DNA of 64,000 bases. Source: Antedon mediterranea (taxonomy: Eukaryota; Animalia; Echinodermata). Below are positions 30,001-38,880 of the stretch, one piece after another. Every line of letters starts with the position of its first letter. Within the stretch, counting starts at the first letter, position 1. The stretch covers positions 5,557,888 to 5,621,887 of the forward strand of contig NC_092676.1 of NCBI RefSeq assembly GCF_964355755.1, read 5' to 3'. The notes beneath the pieces are model-generated. The model was given only the letters and a program-made list of their open reading frames with translations, did not search any database and was not told the DNA's origin. Made by a program: the position numbers and the translations under genes.

Positions 30001-33000
30001 ATGTCCTCAAAGCTATAGAGCCGGATGTTTAAATTTCAAACCGGATGCAGCCATATCACGTCTCGAAGATGGTACCGTATAGCCATATTTGGTAGCGAGG
30101 TTATTGATGTGTATGTGACGTTACATCCGGTTTTATGACGTCATTACAGCTTCTTTTGCTGCTGTACCCCGAGTATCGCAAATTCGTGCTTGTTGGGCAA
30201 ATATTTTGCCTTACTCTGATAATTTGTACTTGAGTACACGTAATCACAAGTAATTCTCAGGTGGGACATGAACCAATGACCTCCAGGTCACTAGCATGGC
30301 GTAGACCACAGAGTCTGCCCTAATGGCTAGAGATCCAATCCCAAGTAAGAAGTGGGTACTGCACCAACAAGATTGTAATTGAATAACTATTGTGGAGTAG
30401 CTTTGCTTCAGGGATTTGAGTAATGGAGCAAATTTTTTAGCAAGTGTTCTTAATATAGTTAGGAAAAAATACAAAAGTTATATAAGTATAATGTATAAAG
30501 TAGGGAAAAACATCTGACAGATTACTCAACTTCCTAACGCAAAGCTATGCCACAGTAGTGAAATACAATTAAAATCCTAATTATGTTTTATCATGTTTAG
30601 GTGTTCAATGATTCAGCTGATAGTGGATTGAATTTTAAAGACTTCACCATCGTACTTGGGTTGATGTTCAGAGCTGACATCGGAGATCGGCTCAAGTTAT
30701 TGTTTCGCATGCATCAACCTCCAGCGTTGATGATCGACGAAATTGATAGTCCTGCTGATGAGACTAGTCTGGGTGAGTTTCTCTCTTTTGACCATGTTAG
30801 GAAAACTTCACCGTTCACTGTTCTTGTAGCCGTCTTCTCCATGCTATACACTTTTATTTTAACTTTGAAATTAAGAACTACCAAAAATCCTGTATCACTA
30901 TTTCTACTATAAATTAACTAAATATCCCTCTCTTTATTTTGTTTTTTTTTACTGGTTGGAGTAATTTATTTGGTTGAATTATGGGAAACCCTTCACAAAT
31001 ATCTTGAGGGCAGCAGCATAACTAGAAAACAGATAATCATAAGATACAGGACATATAAGCTCCTTGGCCAATAATACTGTAGATTTGTAGATGGAATCGC
31101 GATGACACCATATGATTAAGTTATAGTTTGAAAAAGAATTAAGAATTAAATCAAATATGATATGAATATAACAGACACTGGTGCTTCTCCTGAAGAGGGA
31201 TGTGAAGAAGTTGAAACAGCTACTGATGCCGCAGAAGAAGCAAGTAGCTTCTTTGAACCACAAGTTGAGCCTGACAAAGAGCGTGCCGTATCTAGTGCTA
31301 TTGATGTGTGCTCTGATAGGGTGAGACCATTTTGTTTTTTTATCGGTGTATAGCTCAAAGAAATTTAGAATTACAGACACATATGCTTGGATTAAAAGTG
31401 AGTCATGAAAAAGAAATAGTGTTGCCACTAGGATTTCTCCAACATGTAGAAACAAATGCTTGAGATGCCAAAATAAACAGTATTATCAACCTTTCACTGT
31501 GCCTGACTCAGTGTTCTCCCCAGGCCTTTGAAGCGTCACGGTACCGTGACGCTTGGGTTCCCTACCGTGACGCTTTACGGTCGGCCGTGACGCTTAAAAC
31601 CTTATCCGTGACGCTTAAAAATATCAACCACAACAATCTAAAAATAGATTAACAGGCAGGTACGGTACTTTCTCTAGAGCTGAGGCGCGGCATGCATAAA
31701 GAGCCTAATGCATACGAGACACGTGACATGACCACTAGACGAAAAACAAAAGACTGCTACTGCCATGTCTCTCTTTTGATCTCTAGTATTTGGCTGTTGT
31801 CTAAAATGTAGTAACTTGTATATTGTAAATAAAGTAAATGATTGCATTGTATTGTTTTTCTTGTAAAAATGTTGTGTATCAATATCACACTGAATTAATC
31901 GACTCTATCGGTAGGATTTACTCTTTCGTCGGTAACATACGCACGTCATCAAATGATTTCTAGGCGCAATTTAATGCTAGCTGCTTTGATCGTATAATAC
32001 ATTCAAGAAGGCTACGATCGTTTTCCTATTTGCTAGTGCGCTAAAGTCTTATTTCACTTAACTTAAGGTACATTTGTACATCGGTGCTAGAATGTTTTAG
32101 GCCCTACTTCGTGAGAAAGTCTAGTGACAAGGGATGTCACATGGTATTGTGATATCAGTACTGCGATACTGTATGTCACATGGTGCTTTCACCGGCCGAC
32201 GCCGAGAGATGTAAGCACGTGTTTTGTTACTGCCATGTCTCTCTTTCGAATGTTTTCCTATTTCCTAGTGCGCTATGAAGTCTTATTTCCGGGCAACTAG
32301 GTGTCTTACTAATGAGTAGGCCTAGTTTTATTTTCATCGGGACTTGCCCCCGATGTTTGTATTTGAACGCAAAAAATGTTTTTTTATCGCATATGTTTAC
32401 CCGCCGGCGAAAAAAAAAAGTAGGCTACGAACGTTTTAATGTTTGCTAACGCGCTATGAGGTGTCGTTTCCGGCTAACTACAGTTGCCTACTGATGAGTA
32501 GGCATATTTTTTTTTTCATATATCGCGTACAGTATGTTTACCTGCGGAAAAGTAGGCTCAATCGGGCTGTTTGCTGGCGCGCTATGAAGTGTCCTTTCCG
32601 GCCAACTACAGAGTTGTCCTACTGATGAGTAGGCATTTTTTATTTCATCGGGGAATTCCCCTTGACGTTCGTAATGAACGCAAAAAATGTTTCTTATCGC
32701 GTATGTTTACCGGCGGAAAAAGCAGGCTACGATCGTGCGGTTTGCTAGCGCGCTATGAAGTGTCTTTCCGGCCAACTACAGAGTTGTCCTACTCATGAGT
32801 AGGCCTAGTTTTATTTCATCGGGGAATTCCCCTTGACGTTTGTATTGAACGCAAAAACATTTTTTTATCGCGTATGTTCACTGGCGGAAAAAGTATGCTA
32901 CGGTTTTACTGTTTGCTAGTGCGCTATAAAGTTTCGTTTCCGGCCAACTAGAGTTGTCCTACTGATGAGTAGGCTAATAGATTAGGCCTATTTTTTCATT

Positions 33001-36000
33001 GGGGCTTCCCCCTGACGTTCGTAATGAACGCAAAAAAATGTTTCTTCGCGTATGTTTACCGGCGGAAAAAGTTGGCTACGATCGTTTTGTTGTTTGCTAG
33101 CGCGCTATAAGTGTTATTTCCGGCCAAACCAGAGGTGTCATTCAACATAAATGTTATGTGCGAGAGTACCATTTCCGGCCATCTAGGGTGTAAATTACCA
33201 AAAATCGCCATGGTGGGGCTGTGACTCAAGTACTTAGTGTCGGAATGCCCCCCCCCCCCCCACCTCGGGAGGGGGGGGGGGTGGGGCCAAAGCGTGACGC
33301 TTGATGTGAATCCTGGGGAGAACACTGCTGACTTATTCTGCATATATTAGTTATAATATATATACTTATTTACCAAAATGAAACATAGCCTTGGAGACAT
33401 TAATCTATATACATTTATGCTACTGAATTGGTCGTGTAATTTTACGTATCTCATCCGAAACCGCTGAATGATACGTGCTCACATTTGGCACGCTGAAGTT
33501 TCTTGATAGACCACACACGATAGACTATATAAAACTTTCCTGAATTTTAAGGATAAACACTAAAAAAAATGCCTGATTTATTTATTCTGCATAACCAGAC
33601 AGTTTCTCAAGACTAACTTATTTTTTCTGCACTGTGATTGATGATGATGTAATGATGCCATACTGCTTAACATTTTACTTTTGATCTATAATTTACAGAC
33701 AAATAAAATAACACATACTGTAACAGATGACAACTTCCAAGTACAAGCTAATACCAAAGAATATGAAGATACCAGTCTTACAGGAGATACAGAGATTCCA
33801 ACAGTGTTACTTGAAGACTCTTCTGGCATAGAACTCACAGATATAGGTAACATATTTATAAAGCTTTGTCTATACTATCAAACTTTATGTGACAACAAAA
33901 TGTGATGTTTCCATACAGTATATGGACATGATAATGTCATAATCACTATCATATTCGGGCATATCACTACCATATTTGGGCACATCACACTTTTTTTGTC
34001 AAACTAGTTTGATGGTGTAGACAGATTTCTTTTTCCATTACAAATTGTCATTTCTGGCTTTTTTTTAAAATTTTGTTCTTTCGTAGTATTTTGCATATAT
34101 GTATGTTATTTAAATTAATAGACGACCAATTAATTGATTAAGTAATAATAAATGATTATTATATTATATTATTATTAAATTATTATTATTATTATAAATT
34201 CATTATTGTGTTTAGGAAAGAAAAAGAAACTAGAAGAGAAAGATGTTTATCAATCATTTCTACAAAAATGGGAAAAAGAACGAGAGGAGGAAGAAAGAAG
34301 AAAAAGTTATAAAAATATGCCAATGATGTACCAGGTAAAATTGTATTAATTCATAATAAAAATGAATGAAATTGCTTTTACAATACATTTTTAAAACATT
34401 AATACAGTACTGTGCCTATTTTAATGTACAGTAGAACCTCCATTTTACGTACGGTACGGGACCGAAAGGCGTACGTAAAACAAGGGATTCGTAAAATCAA
34501 GGTTGACCTTAAATTGACCCCAAATACGTAGAGATCGTAGCTAGCCGTATTTGCCTACTTCTGTACTACTGTGTACAGTATGCGTCACTAGCTTAGCCTT
34601 AGCTAGGCCTAGGCTATTCAGGCTAGCAGGCCTAGCAAGATGTGAGGCCTAACTAGAAAAGTACAGTATATACAGGCTGTGCGATGTTTAAATAAAGTGT
34701 AAAATATAATTGTTTTCTATCAATAAAAACAGTCGCTGCTTTAGGGGGAATGCACGTGCGTAGCTTGTCCCACACACAGCAGAATTCCTCACACAGCCAT
34801 GATTGTGGCTTTGTGTGCTTTGTTGTTAAATTGCGCCCTCAATGTAAGAAAATGATGACGTCATCGGTTATTTTAAGCGTACGTAAAATCAAGGGAACGT
34901 AAAATCAGGGTACGTAAAACACAGGTTCTACTGTATAAAGTAAGAGTGTGTGATGCAATGTGCTATGCATTAGGTTCTGTCTATAAAACTAGTTTGACAA
35001 AAAAAGTGTGATGTGCCCAAATATGGTTGTGTTATGCCTAAATATGGTAGTGATATGACATCATCATGTCCATATATGGGCACATCACATTCTTTTTTCA
35101 CAAAAAGTTCGATAGTGGAGACAGAGCTTTAGGCTTCGGGTTGGGAGTTTGAATCCTACAGTCGTTATAGGCAAGACACTTTACTTTGTCTCACTCCACC
35201 CAGGTGTACAAATGGGTACTTGGTATTAAAGGTCAAACACAACTGCGTTGAGCACTAGCTGCAACATTATTGTGTTTGGATATGGGTACTTGGTATTAAA
35301 GGTCAAATACAACTGCGCTGAGCACTAGCTGCAACATTATTGTGTTTGGATATGGGTACTTGGTATTAAAGGTCAAATACAACTGCGTTGAGCACTAGCT
35401 GCAACATTATTGTGTTTGGATATGGGTACTTGGTATTAAAGGTCAAATACAACTGCGCTGAGCACTAGCTGCAACATTATTGTGTTTGGATATGGGTACT
35501 TGGTATTAAAGGTCAAATACAACTGCGTTGAGCACTAGATTCAACATTATTGTGTTTGGATATGGGTACTTGGTATTAAAGGTCAAATACAACTGCGCTG
35601 AGCACTAGCTGCAACATTATTGTGTTTGGATATGGGTACTTGGTATTAAAGGTCAAATACAACTGCGTTGAGCACTAGCTGCAACATTATTGTGTTTGGA
35701 TATGGGTACTTGGTATTAAAGGTCAAATACAACTGCGCTGAGCACTAGCTGCAACATTATTGTGTTTGGATATGGGTACTTGGTATTAAAGGTCAAATAC
35801 AACTGCGCTGAGCACTAGCTGCAACATTATTGTGTTTGGATATGGGTACTTGGTATTAAAGGTCAAATACAACTGCGCTGAGCACTAGCTGCAACATTAT
35901 TGTGTTTGGATATGGGTACTTGGTATTAAAGGTCAAATACAACTGCGTTGAGCACTAGCTGCAACATTATTGTGTTTGGATATGGGTACTTGGTATTAAA

Positions 36001-36887
36001 GGTCAAATACAACTGCGTTGAGCACTAGCTGCAACATTATTGTGTTTGGATATGGGTACTTGGTATTAAAGGTCAAATACAACTGCGCTGAGCACTAGCT
36101 GCAACATTATTGTGTTTGATCCAAAAATATTTGCTATTATATTTTTATTGTTTTTTTTTTAAATTTATATTTTTAGGACCAGTTTATTCAGTTGTTGAAA
36201 ACCATGTATGGAATGTTTGCGGAACGACCAAACGAACAAAAACTTTACGGAGCACTAGCAAATGCAGGCGCAGTTCTGTTTGAGATGGGGGAAGTCGGTA
36301 AGCGCTTCTACAAGAGGGGCGGTGTACATAGCAATGAACCGAGCAGTGGCAGCACAACCCCGGTTACCGAAGATAAACCGATAGTTGAGGCAGCAAATGC
36401 TGGAGAGGGAGACCAGGTGATAGAGGATAATACTCAAAGGACATTACAGGAAGATGTAGAGGGCGTTGGTGAGGAATCGCAAAGAGGCGATATAAAAGAT
36501 GACGTTACAAATACAGATAAAACAAAAATTGAAATTAAAGATTCAAACACTGTTAATACTGAGATATCTGATCAATTATCGGAAACCGAAAGCAATAATG
36601 ATTCAGCCAATCAGAATTTAGCAAATCAGGATGATGATATTTTAAAGAATGTTGATGATAGTGAGGAATCTTCAGCAAAAAGTAAATCACCTTTACCTAA
36701 ACCTGCTGGTAAATTGGACACTGAATGGGCGATTACTTTTGAACAATTCTTAGCATCTATGTTGATGGAGCCCGATCTGGTGAGGTACTTTGAAGAAGCA
36801 CCAGATATCTTGCCTTTGATGGAAGAGTATCGCAGAAAAAAGGCTTTACAAAGGCAGCTTAGTGAAAGTTTTACGGGGTCCTCATAG
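3032..36887 (+). CDS. TBC1D9: TBC1 domain family member 9-like Rab GTPase-activating protein (GRAM-GRAM-TBC-EF hand), complete 25-exon gene, ~1321 aa
   Basis: join(3032-3075,5519-5682,6661-6738,7696-7800,15002-15085,16435-16568,17689-17885,18110-18175,18645-18777,19437-19547,20145-20233,20809-20939,23598-23754,24275-24383,24763-24952,26092-26238,26326-26437,28140-28374,28964-29176,29605-29775,30601-30772,31175-31320,33699-33846,34216-34334,36177-36887) = 3966 nt. All introns are GT-AG and phases are consistent. The N-terminus [24 protein letters not shown] matches vertebrate TBC1D9. R-finger [10 protein letters not shown] and Q-finger GYCQAMN are intact. Confidence 0.95.
3490..3760. repeat. 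Imperfect tandem repeat of GCTTATCCAAGTGTGGC
   Basis: Recurrent core in TBC1D9 intron 1. Confidence 0.75.
5519..5682 (+). CDS. TBC1D9: TBC1D9 exon 2
   Basis: [48 protein letters not shown]; AG/GTAAG. Confidence 0.93.
5812..6007. mobile_element. PIF/Harbinger-like MITE family 1
   Basis: TIR AGCTCTGTCTACAC; internal 21-bp repeat x4; TWA flanks. Confidence 0.85.
6317..6562. repeat. 21-bp minisatellite (TTGAATTTCTTGATGTAATTG)n
   Basis: About 11 copies. Confidence 0.92.
6661..6738 (+). CDS. TBC1D9: TBC1D9 exon 3
   Basis: [15 protein letters not shown]; AG/GT. Confidence 0.92.
7696..7800 (+). CDS. TBC1D9: TBC1D9 exon 4
   Basis: [21 protein letters not shown]; AG/GTAGAT. Confidence 0.9.
9040..9700. 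repeat. Degenerate ~40-bp tandem repeat, core CAGTGTCTGTCCACACTTAGTA
   Basis: About 15 diverged copies. Confidence 0.85.
9768..9944. mobile_element. Palindromic Harbinger-like MITE family 2
   Basis: TIR AGCTTGGTTCCCACTAG / CTAGTGAGAACCACGCT with AACGCAA subrepeats; decayed relatives at ~7378-7523 and ~51275-51405. Confidence 0.75.
11330..12345. repeat. 22-bp minisatellite (CCTATTAACATCCCTGGACACC)n
   Basis: About 45 copies with higher-order variants. Confidence 0.95.
12811..12947. mobile_element. Harbinger-like MITE family 1
   Basis: TIR plus TAA flanks. Confidence 0.8.
13599..14894 (-). mobile_element. Non-autonomous Helitron
   Basis: On the minus strand: A|TC 5' end, (GTTT/GTCT)n near the 5' end, GC hairpin ACCCGCCC-TG-GGGCGGGT just before the CTAG|T 3' end, no TSD. 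Confidence 0.8.
15002..15085 (+). CDS. TBC1D9: TBC1D9 exon 5
   Basis: [22 protein letters not shown] (start of GRAM1). Confidence 0.92.
15270..15580 (-). mobile_element. tRNA-derived SINE with Deu/Nin-like central domain
   Basis: A box TGGCCGAGCGG, B-box-like GGTTTCGAGGC, domain TAAACCGTAGGTCC...GAGTAGGGGGTTACCCCGGTGT, (AAAC)n tail. Confidence 0.8.
15581..16213. repeat. (ATG/ATA/ACA)n compound trinucleotide microsatellite
   Basis: 18-nt higher-order units; continues at 15170-15270 on the other side of the SINE. Confidence 0.97.
16435..16568 (+). CDS. TBC1D9: TBC1D9 exon 6 (GRAM1)
   Basis: [31 protein letters not shown]. Confidence 0.95.
17228..17396. mobile_element. Small palindromic MITE (Harbinger-like)
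   Basis: AAGGGCCAATTTACACAGA...TCTGTGTAAATTTGCCTT inverted ends. Confidence 0.65.
17689..17885 (+). CDS. TBC1D9: TBC1D9 exon 7
   Basis: [23 protein letters not shown]. Confidence 0.93.
17992..18057 (-). mobile_element. tRNA-like SINE head fragment
   Basis: GGTTAACGTGCTTGCCTTCCAA...GGTTCAATCC (B box); acceptor stem not intact. Confidence 0.45.
18110..18175 (+). CDS. TBC1D9: TBC1D9 exon 8
   Basis: [20 protein letters not shown]. Confidence 0.92.
18645..18777 (+). CDS. TBC1D9: TBC1D9 exon 9 (GRAM2)
   Basis: [23 protein letters not shown]. Confidence 0.94.
18954..19252. mobile_element. Kolobok-like MITE family A
   Basis: TTAA TSD; TIR AGATGTATTGTCCC; other copies at 27502-27796, 41321-41643, 43529-43839, 45408-45744 and ~8203-8712. 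Confidence 0.8.
19437..19547 (+). CDS. TBC1D9: TBC1D9 exon 10
   Basis: [18 protein letters not shown]. Confidence 0.92.
19761..20000. mobile_element. Harbinger-like MITE family 1 with expanded 21-bp repeat
   Basis: TIRs; about 5 internal CCCAAATATGGTAGTGATATA units. Confidence 0.85.
20145..20233 (+). CDS. TBC1D9: TBC1D9 exon 11
   Basis: [22 protein letters not shown]. Confidence 0.92.
20600..20758. mobile_element. Harbinger-like MITE family 1 (intact)
   Basis: Both TIRs and TAA TSD; second copy adjacent at ~20422-20561. Confidence 0.88.
20809..20939 (+). CDS. TBC1D9: TBC1D9 exon 12 (Ser-rich linker)
   Basis: Open frame; AG/GTAAG; phase 2 in, phase 1 out, fits both neighbours. Confidence 0.8.
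21412..21570. mobile_element. Harbinger-like MITE family 1 (intact reference copy)
   Basis: TAA-AGCTCTGTCTACACTA...TAGTGTAGACAGAGCT-TAA. Confidence 0.9.
21669..21719 (+). CDS. TBC1D9: Candidate 51-nt alternative cassette exon A of TBC1D9
   Basis: Pyrimidine tract + CAG; open in phase 1-1 ([17 protein letters not shown]); strong donor GTAAGT; no homology or RNA support. Confidence 0.45.
22451..22513 (+). CDS. TBC1D9: Candidate 63-nt alternative cassette exon B of TBC1D9
   Basis: ATTACCTTAG acceptor; open in phase 1-1 ([21 protein letters not shown]); donor AAG/GTAGCT; no homology or RNA support. Confidence 0.4.
22815..23478. repeat. Tandem array of ~160-180-bp units, each with a half MITE plus flank
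   Basis: Four repeats of GAGAAATGGAAGGAACGAAA-GTCTAAAGCTATGTCTACAC... Confidence 0.88.
23598..23754 (+). CDS. TBC1D9: TBC1D9 exon 13
   Basis: [18 protein letters not shown]. Confidence 0.9.
24275..24383 (+). CDS. TBC1D9: TBC1D9 exon 14 (TBC start)
   Basis: GICMYRT...[21 protein letters not shown]. Confidence 0.95.
24763..24952 (+). CDS. TBC1D9: TBC1D9 exon 15 (R-finger)
   Basis: [18 protein letters not shown]. Confidence 0.96.
25198..25793. mobile_element. Kolobok-like non-autonomous element B
   Basis: TTAA flanks; imperfect TIR AGCTCAGGTAGAGGCA / TGCCCGCACCTGGCCT. Confidence 0.6.
26092..26238 (+). CDS. TBC1D9: TBC1D9 exon 16 (Q-finger)
   Basis: [26 protein letters not shown]. Confidence 0.96.
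26326..26437 (+). CDS. TBC1D9: TBC1D9 exon 17
   Basis: [17 protein letters not shown]. Confidence 0.94.
26455..27497. mobile_element. piggyBac-like non-autonomous element
   Basis: TTAA TSD; perfect TIR CACTTTGACTGCCA; subterminal direct repeat; CpG-rich interior. Confidence 0.82.
27502..27796. mobile_element. Kolobok-like MITE family A
   Basis: Shares TTAA 27498-27501 with the piggyBac-like element. Confidence 0.75.
28140..28374 (+). CDS. TBC1D9: TBC1D9 exon 18
   Basis: [30 protein letters not shown]. Confidence 0.95.
28777..28853 (+). mobile_element. Internally deleted copy of the Deu-like SINE
   Basis: Head GAGTGAGTGGCCGAGC fused to tail GAGGTCACCCAGTATAAA + A-rich. Confidence 0.7.
28964..29176 (+). 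CDS. TBC1D9: TBC1D9 exon 19
   Basis: [15 protein letters not shown]...[10 protein letters not shown]. Confidence 0.92.
29605..29775 (+). CDS. TBC1D9: TBC1D9 exon 20
   Basis: QYKIDEDKF...[19 protein letters not shown]. Confidence 0.9.
30601..30772 (+). CDS. TBC1D9: TBC1D9 exon 21 (EF-hand-like)
   Basis: [15 protein letters not shown]...[13 protein letters not shown]. Confidence 0.9.
31175..31320 (+). CDS. TBC1D9: TBC1D9 exon 22
   Basis: [17 protein letters not shown]; phase fits; acceptor lacks a pyrimidine tract. Confidence 0.75.
31509..33327. mobile_element. hAT-like non-autonomous element with 6-bp TSD
   Basis: Perfect 16-bp TIR CAGTGTTCTCCCCAGG; CTGACT on both flanks; CCGTGACGCTT subterminal repeats; internal ~180-bp tandem units. 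Confidence 0.88.
33699..33846 (+). CDS. TBC1D9: TBC1D9 exon 23 (acidic linker)
   Basis: Open frame; CAG/GTAAC; bridges phase 0 to phase 1 as required. Confidence 0.72.
33862..34025. mobile_element. Harbinger-like MITE family 1
   Basis: TIR-derived ends, 15 nt after the exon 23 donor. Confidence 0.8.
34216..34334 (+). CDS. TBC1D9: TBC1D9 exon 24
   Basis: [11 protein letters not shown]...KNMPMMYQ. Confidence 0.88.
34429..34933. mobile_element. Tc1/mariner (pogo/Tigger-like) MITE
   Basis: TA TSD; TIR CAGTAGAACCT..TTTTACGTAC; CGTAAAA subrepeats. Confidence 0.85.
35135..35222 (+). mobile_element. CORE-like SINE fragment
   Basis: B-box-like GTTTGAATCC, then GGCAAGACACTTTA...CTCCACCCAGGTGTACAAATGGGTAC. 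Confidence 0.6.
35212..36118. repeat. 70-bp tandem repeat x~13
   Basis: Near-identical units TATGGGTACTTGGTATTAAAGGTCAAATACAACTGCGYTGAGCACTAGCTGCAACATTATTGTGTTTGGA. Confidence 0.97.
36177..36887 (+). CDS. TBC1D9: TBC1D9 terminal coding exon 25
   Basis: [14 protein letters not shown]...[23 protein letters not shown]; TAG stop. Confidence 0.94.
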   Translation, partial: DQFIQLLKTMYGMFAERPNEQKLYGALANAGAVLFEMGEVGKRFYKRGGVHSNEPSSGSTTPVTEDKPIVEAANAGEGDQVIEDNTQRTLQEDVEGVGEESQRGDIKDDVTNTDKTKIEIKDSNTVNTEISDQLSETESNNDSANQNLANQDDDILKNVDDSEESSAKSKSPLPKPAGKLDTEWAITFEQFLASMLMEPDLVRYFEEAPDILPLMEEYRRKKALQRQLSESFTGSS

Positions 36888-36910
36888 ATGTCAGAAAGAA
36901 CTCTGGCCTA

Positions 36911-37032
36911 AGCTCTGTCTACACTATCAAACTTTATGTGATGTGCCCATATATGGACATAATTATGTCATATCACTACCATAGTTGGGCATACCATGCT
37001 TTTTTTTTTAACCTAGTTTGATAGTAAACAGA
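36911..37032. mobile_element. Harbinger-like MITE family 1 in the TBC1D9 3'UTR
   Basis: Left TIR intact, 23 nt after the stop; right end decayed. Confidence 0.8.
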
Positions 37033-37630
37033 AATTAATTATTAGTAAAGGCAAAAAGAACTGATAGAAGGACTTTCTTCATACAGTAGACCTAAAACCC
37101 TTCTATTGGGACACCTTTCTCGGAATTCAAATAAGAGGAAATGTATGTTTTAACCCTACAGCCAACTTTTTTTTTCCAGAAAGGTTCTTGTTGGCATGCA
37201 GTGATTATGTCACTGATAACAGTAAAATACACATGAAACTACAACTTTTTACAATTGAATTGTTGGACAGGGTTTTATTTTTATAGAATATTTTTAAATA
37301 AAGGGTTTATAATTGTTGTTTATAATCAGTTGAACCAGAGGAGGGAAATCTATCTATTGTCCGGTTAGACACCGGTATCGTGGAGAGTCGAATTATGGTT
37401 ATTGGTACATTTAACAACAAATTTGTCTCAAACTCACTATCGGGTCACTGACCTCTAGACCACCACTATATATTTGGTTTATATTGTTGTTAACTTTGAC
37501 CTCTCTCTTTGTACTTTGACCTCTCTCTTTGTACTTTAGCTATATTGAGGATTTTTTTACCGTTTATAACCATTATGTGTTATGAGGATCTGGGTTGGAC
37601 AATCATTGGATATTGTTATATTTACAATAA

Positions 37631-37838
37631 TTTATTATGCATTTTCAAGGATTGCCTCTATAAAATGTAATCCTGTCCTTTGTTAGTGCCATAGGTAGTT
37701 CCAAGGATTCAACATTAACAATACAAAAGATAGAATTTATTATGCATTTTCAAGGATTGCCTCTATAAAATGTAATCCTGTCCTTTGTTAGTGCCATAGG
37801 TAGTTCCAAGGATTCAACATTAACAATACAAAAGATAG
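37631..37838. repeat. Tandem duplication of ~105 bp
   Basis: Two essentially identical copies downstream of the TBC1D9 stop. Confidence 0.92.
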
Positions 37839-38724
37839 GACATTTGGTAGGTTAAGTTCATTTTACCATTTTTAGGCCTCCTAAACTCCCGTATTTTAAA
37901 ATCCTGGATTTGTTAGGGACGGCCTACAGTTATTTTTCCACGAGGAATAATCCTGTTATTTGAAAGGATTAAAACCAGGATCCTGAGATGTATAGGCAAG
38001 CATAAAAAACAAGTCTGTTGTGCCATGACCCATTGGTGTGGGTGCATTGAAATTTGGTTTAATATGACAATTGTATCTACTTTTTGCTGCCTTATTTTTA
38101 GTAAGGTTTTTTTTGTTGATATAAAGTTTGCGGTACACCACATTATTAGTTCTGAAAAGAACTGTTGAGTTTCTCTCTCTTTTTTGTTAAATTTCTACAA
38201 TGTAGGCCTACCATTTAAACAATTTATTTTTTAAAACTATTAATGGTGATATAACTTGGAATGTATTTGAAAATTGAGAATATTTTTTCATTACTTTTAT
38301 CAGTATAAAAATATTAATAAATGAATTATTTACATTTATATCAACATTGTTTGAATTATTAAAATAATGTTTAGATCGCAATTTATATAAATATATTATA
38401 ATTTTAATTTTTTGAAACAGTGCCTTTATAATACAAACTGTAATTATTGAGATATGACAACAATATGATATAATATTATAAAAGATTAAAACACAATTAT
38501 CCATAGATATTGGTTTCTTAGCATTTTTTTGTGGTTGTCTCCGTGCACATTACCACAAAATTAGTAAAATATTCTCTTGTGCAGGCATGAAAAAGGTCAA
38601 ACAAAATAATATGAATCATAAACATAATATTATTACAAATACGTGGTTTATAAAGAAAAAAAACATTTAATAAATACAGTAAATAATTGAATCGTGCCAA
38701 AATAATGACAAGATTTGATGATAT

Positions 38725-38880
38725 AGCGCCACCAATCCTATATTATCACGTGATCAATTTATGATCGATCGGTTGTTGAAATTTTCTGAAACGGATTTCC
38801 ATTGGTGATTTCTTTATGGCGTGTTTTGCCGGTGAATTTTTTTTGTGATCTGAAATTACATAGATTTGCAAAATGTAAGT
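38725..38880 (+). promoter_or_regulatory. Putative FAR1 promoter and non-coding first exon
   Basis: CCAAT at 38732, palindrome ATCACGTGAT at 38745-38754, ATTGG at 38801, donor AAT/GTAAGT at 38875, matching acceptor at 40244 upstream of the ATG. Confidence 0.55.

Noticed and set aside
32485-32975. Repeated CTGATGAG as tandem hammerhead ribozymes
   Set aside because: The word is part of a CCTACT(G/C)ATGAGTAGG near-palindrome, and no stem II-GAAA follows
35212-36118. Regular arrays here and at 1-510, 11330-12345 and 52845-53417 as CRISPR
   Set aside because: Head-to-tail repeats with no unique spacers; eukaryotic spliced-gene context; no cas genes
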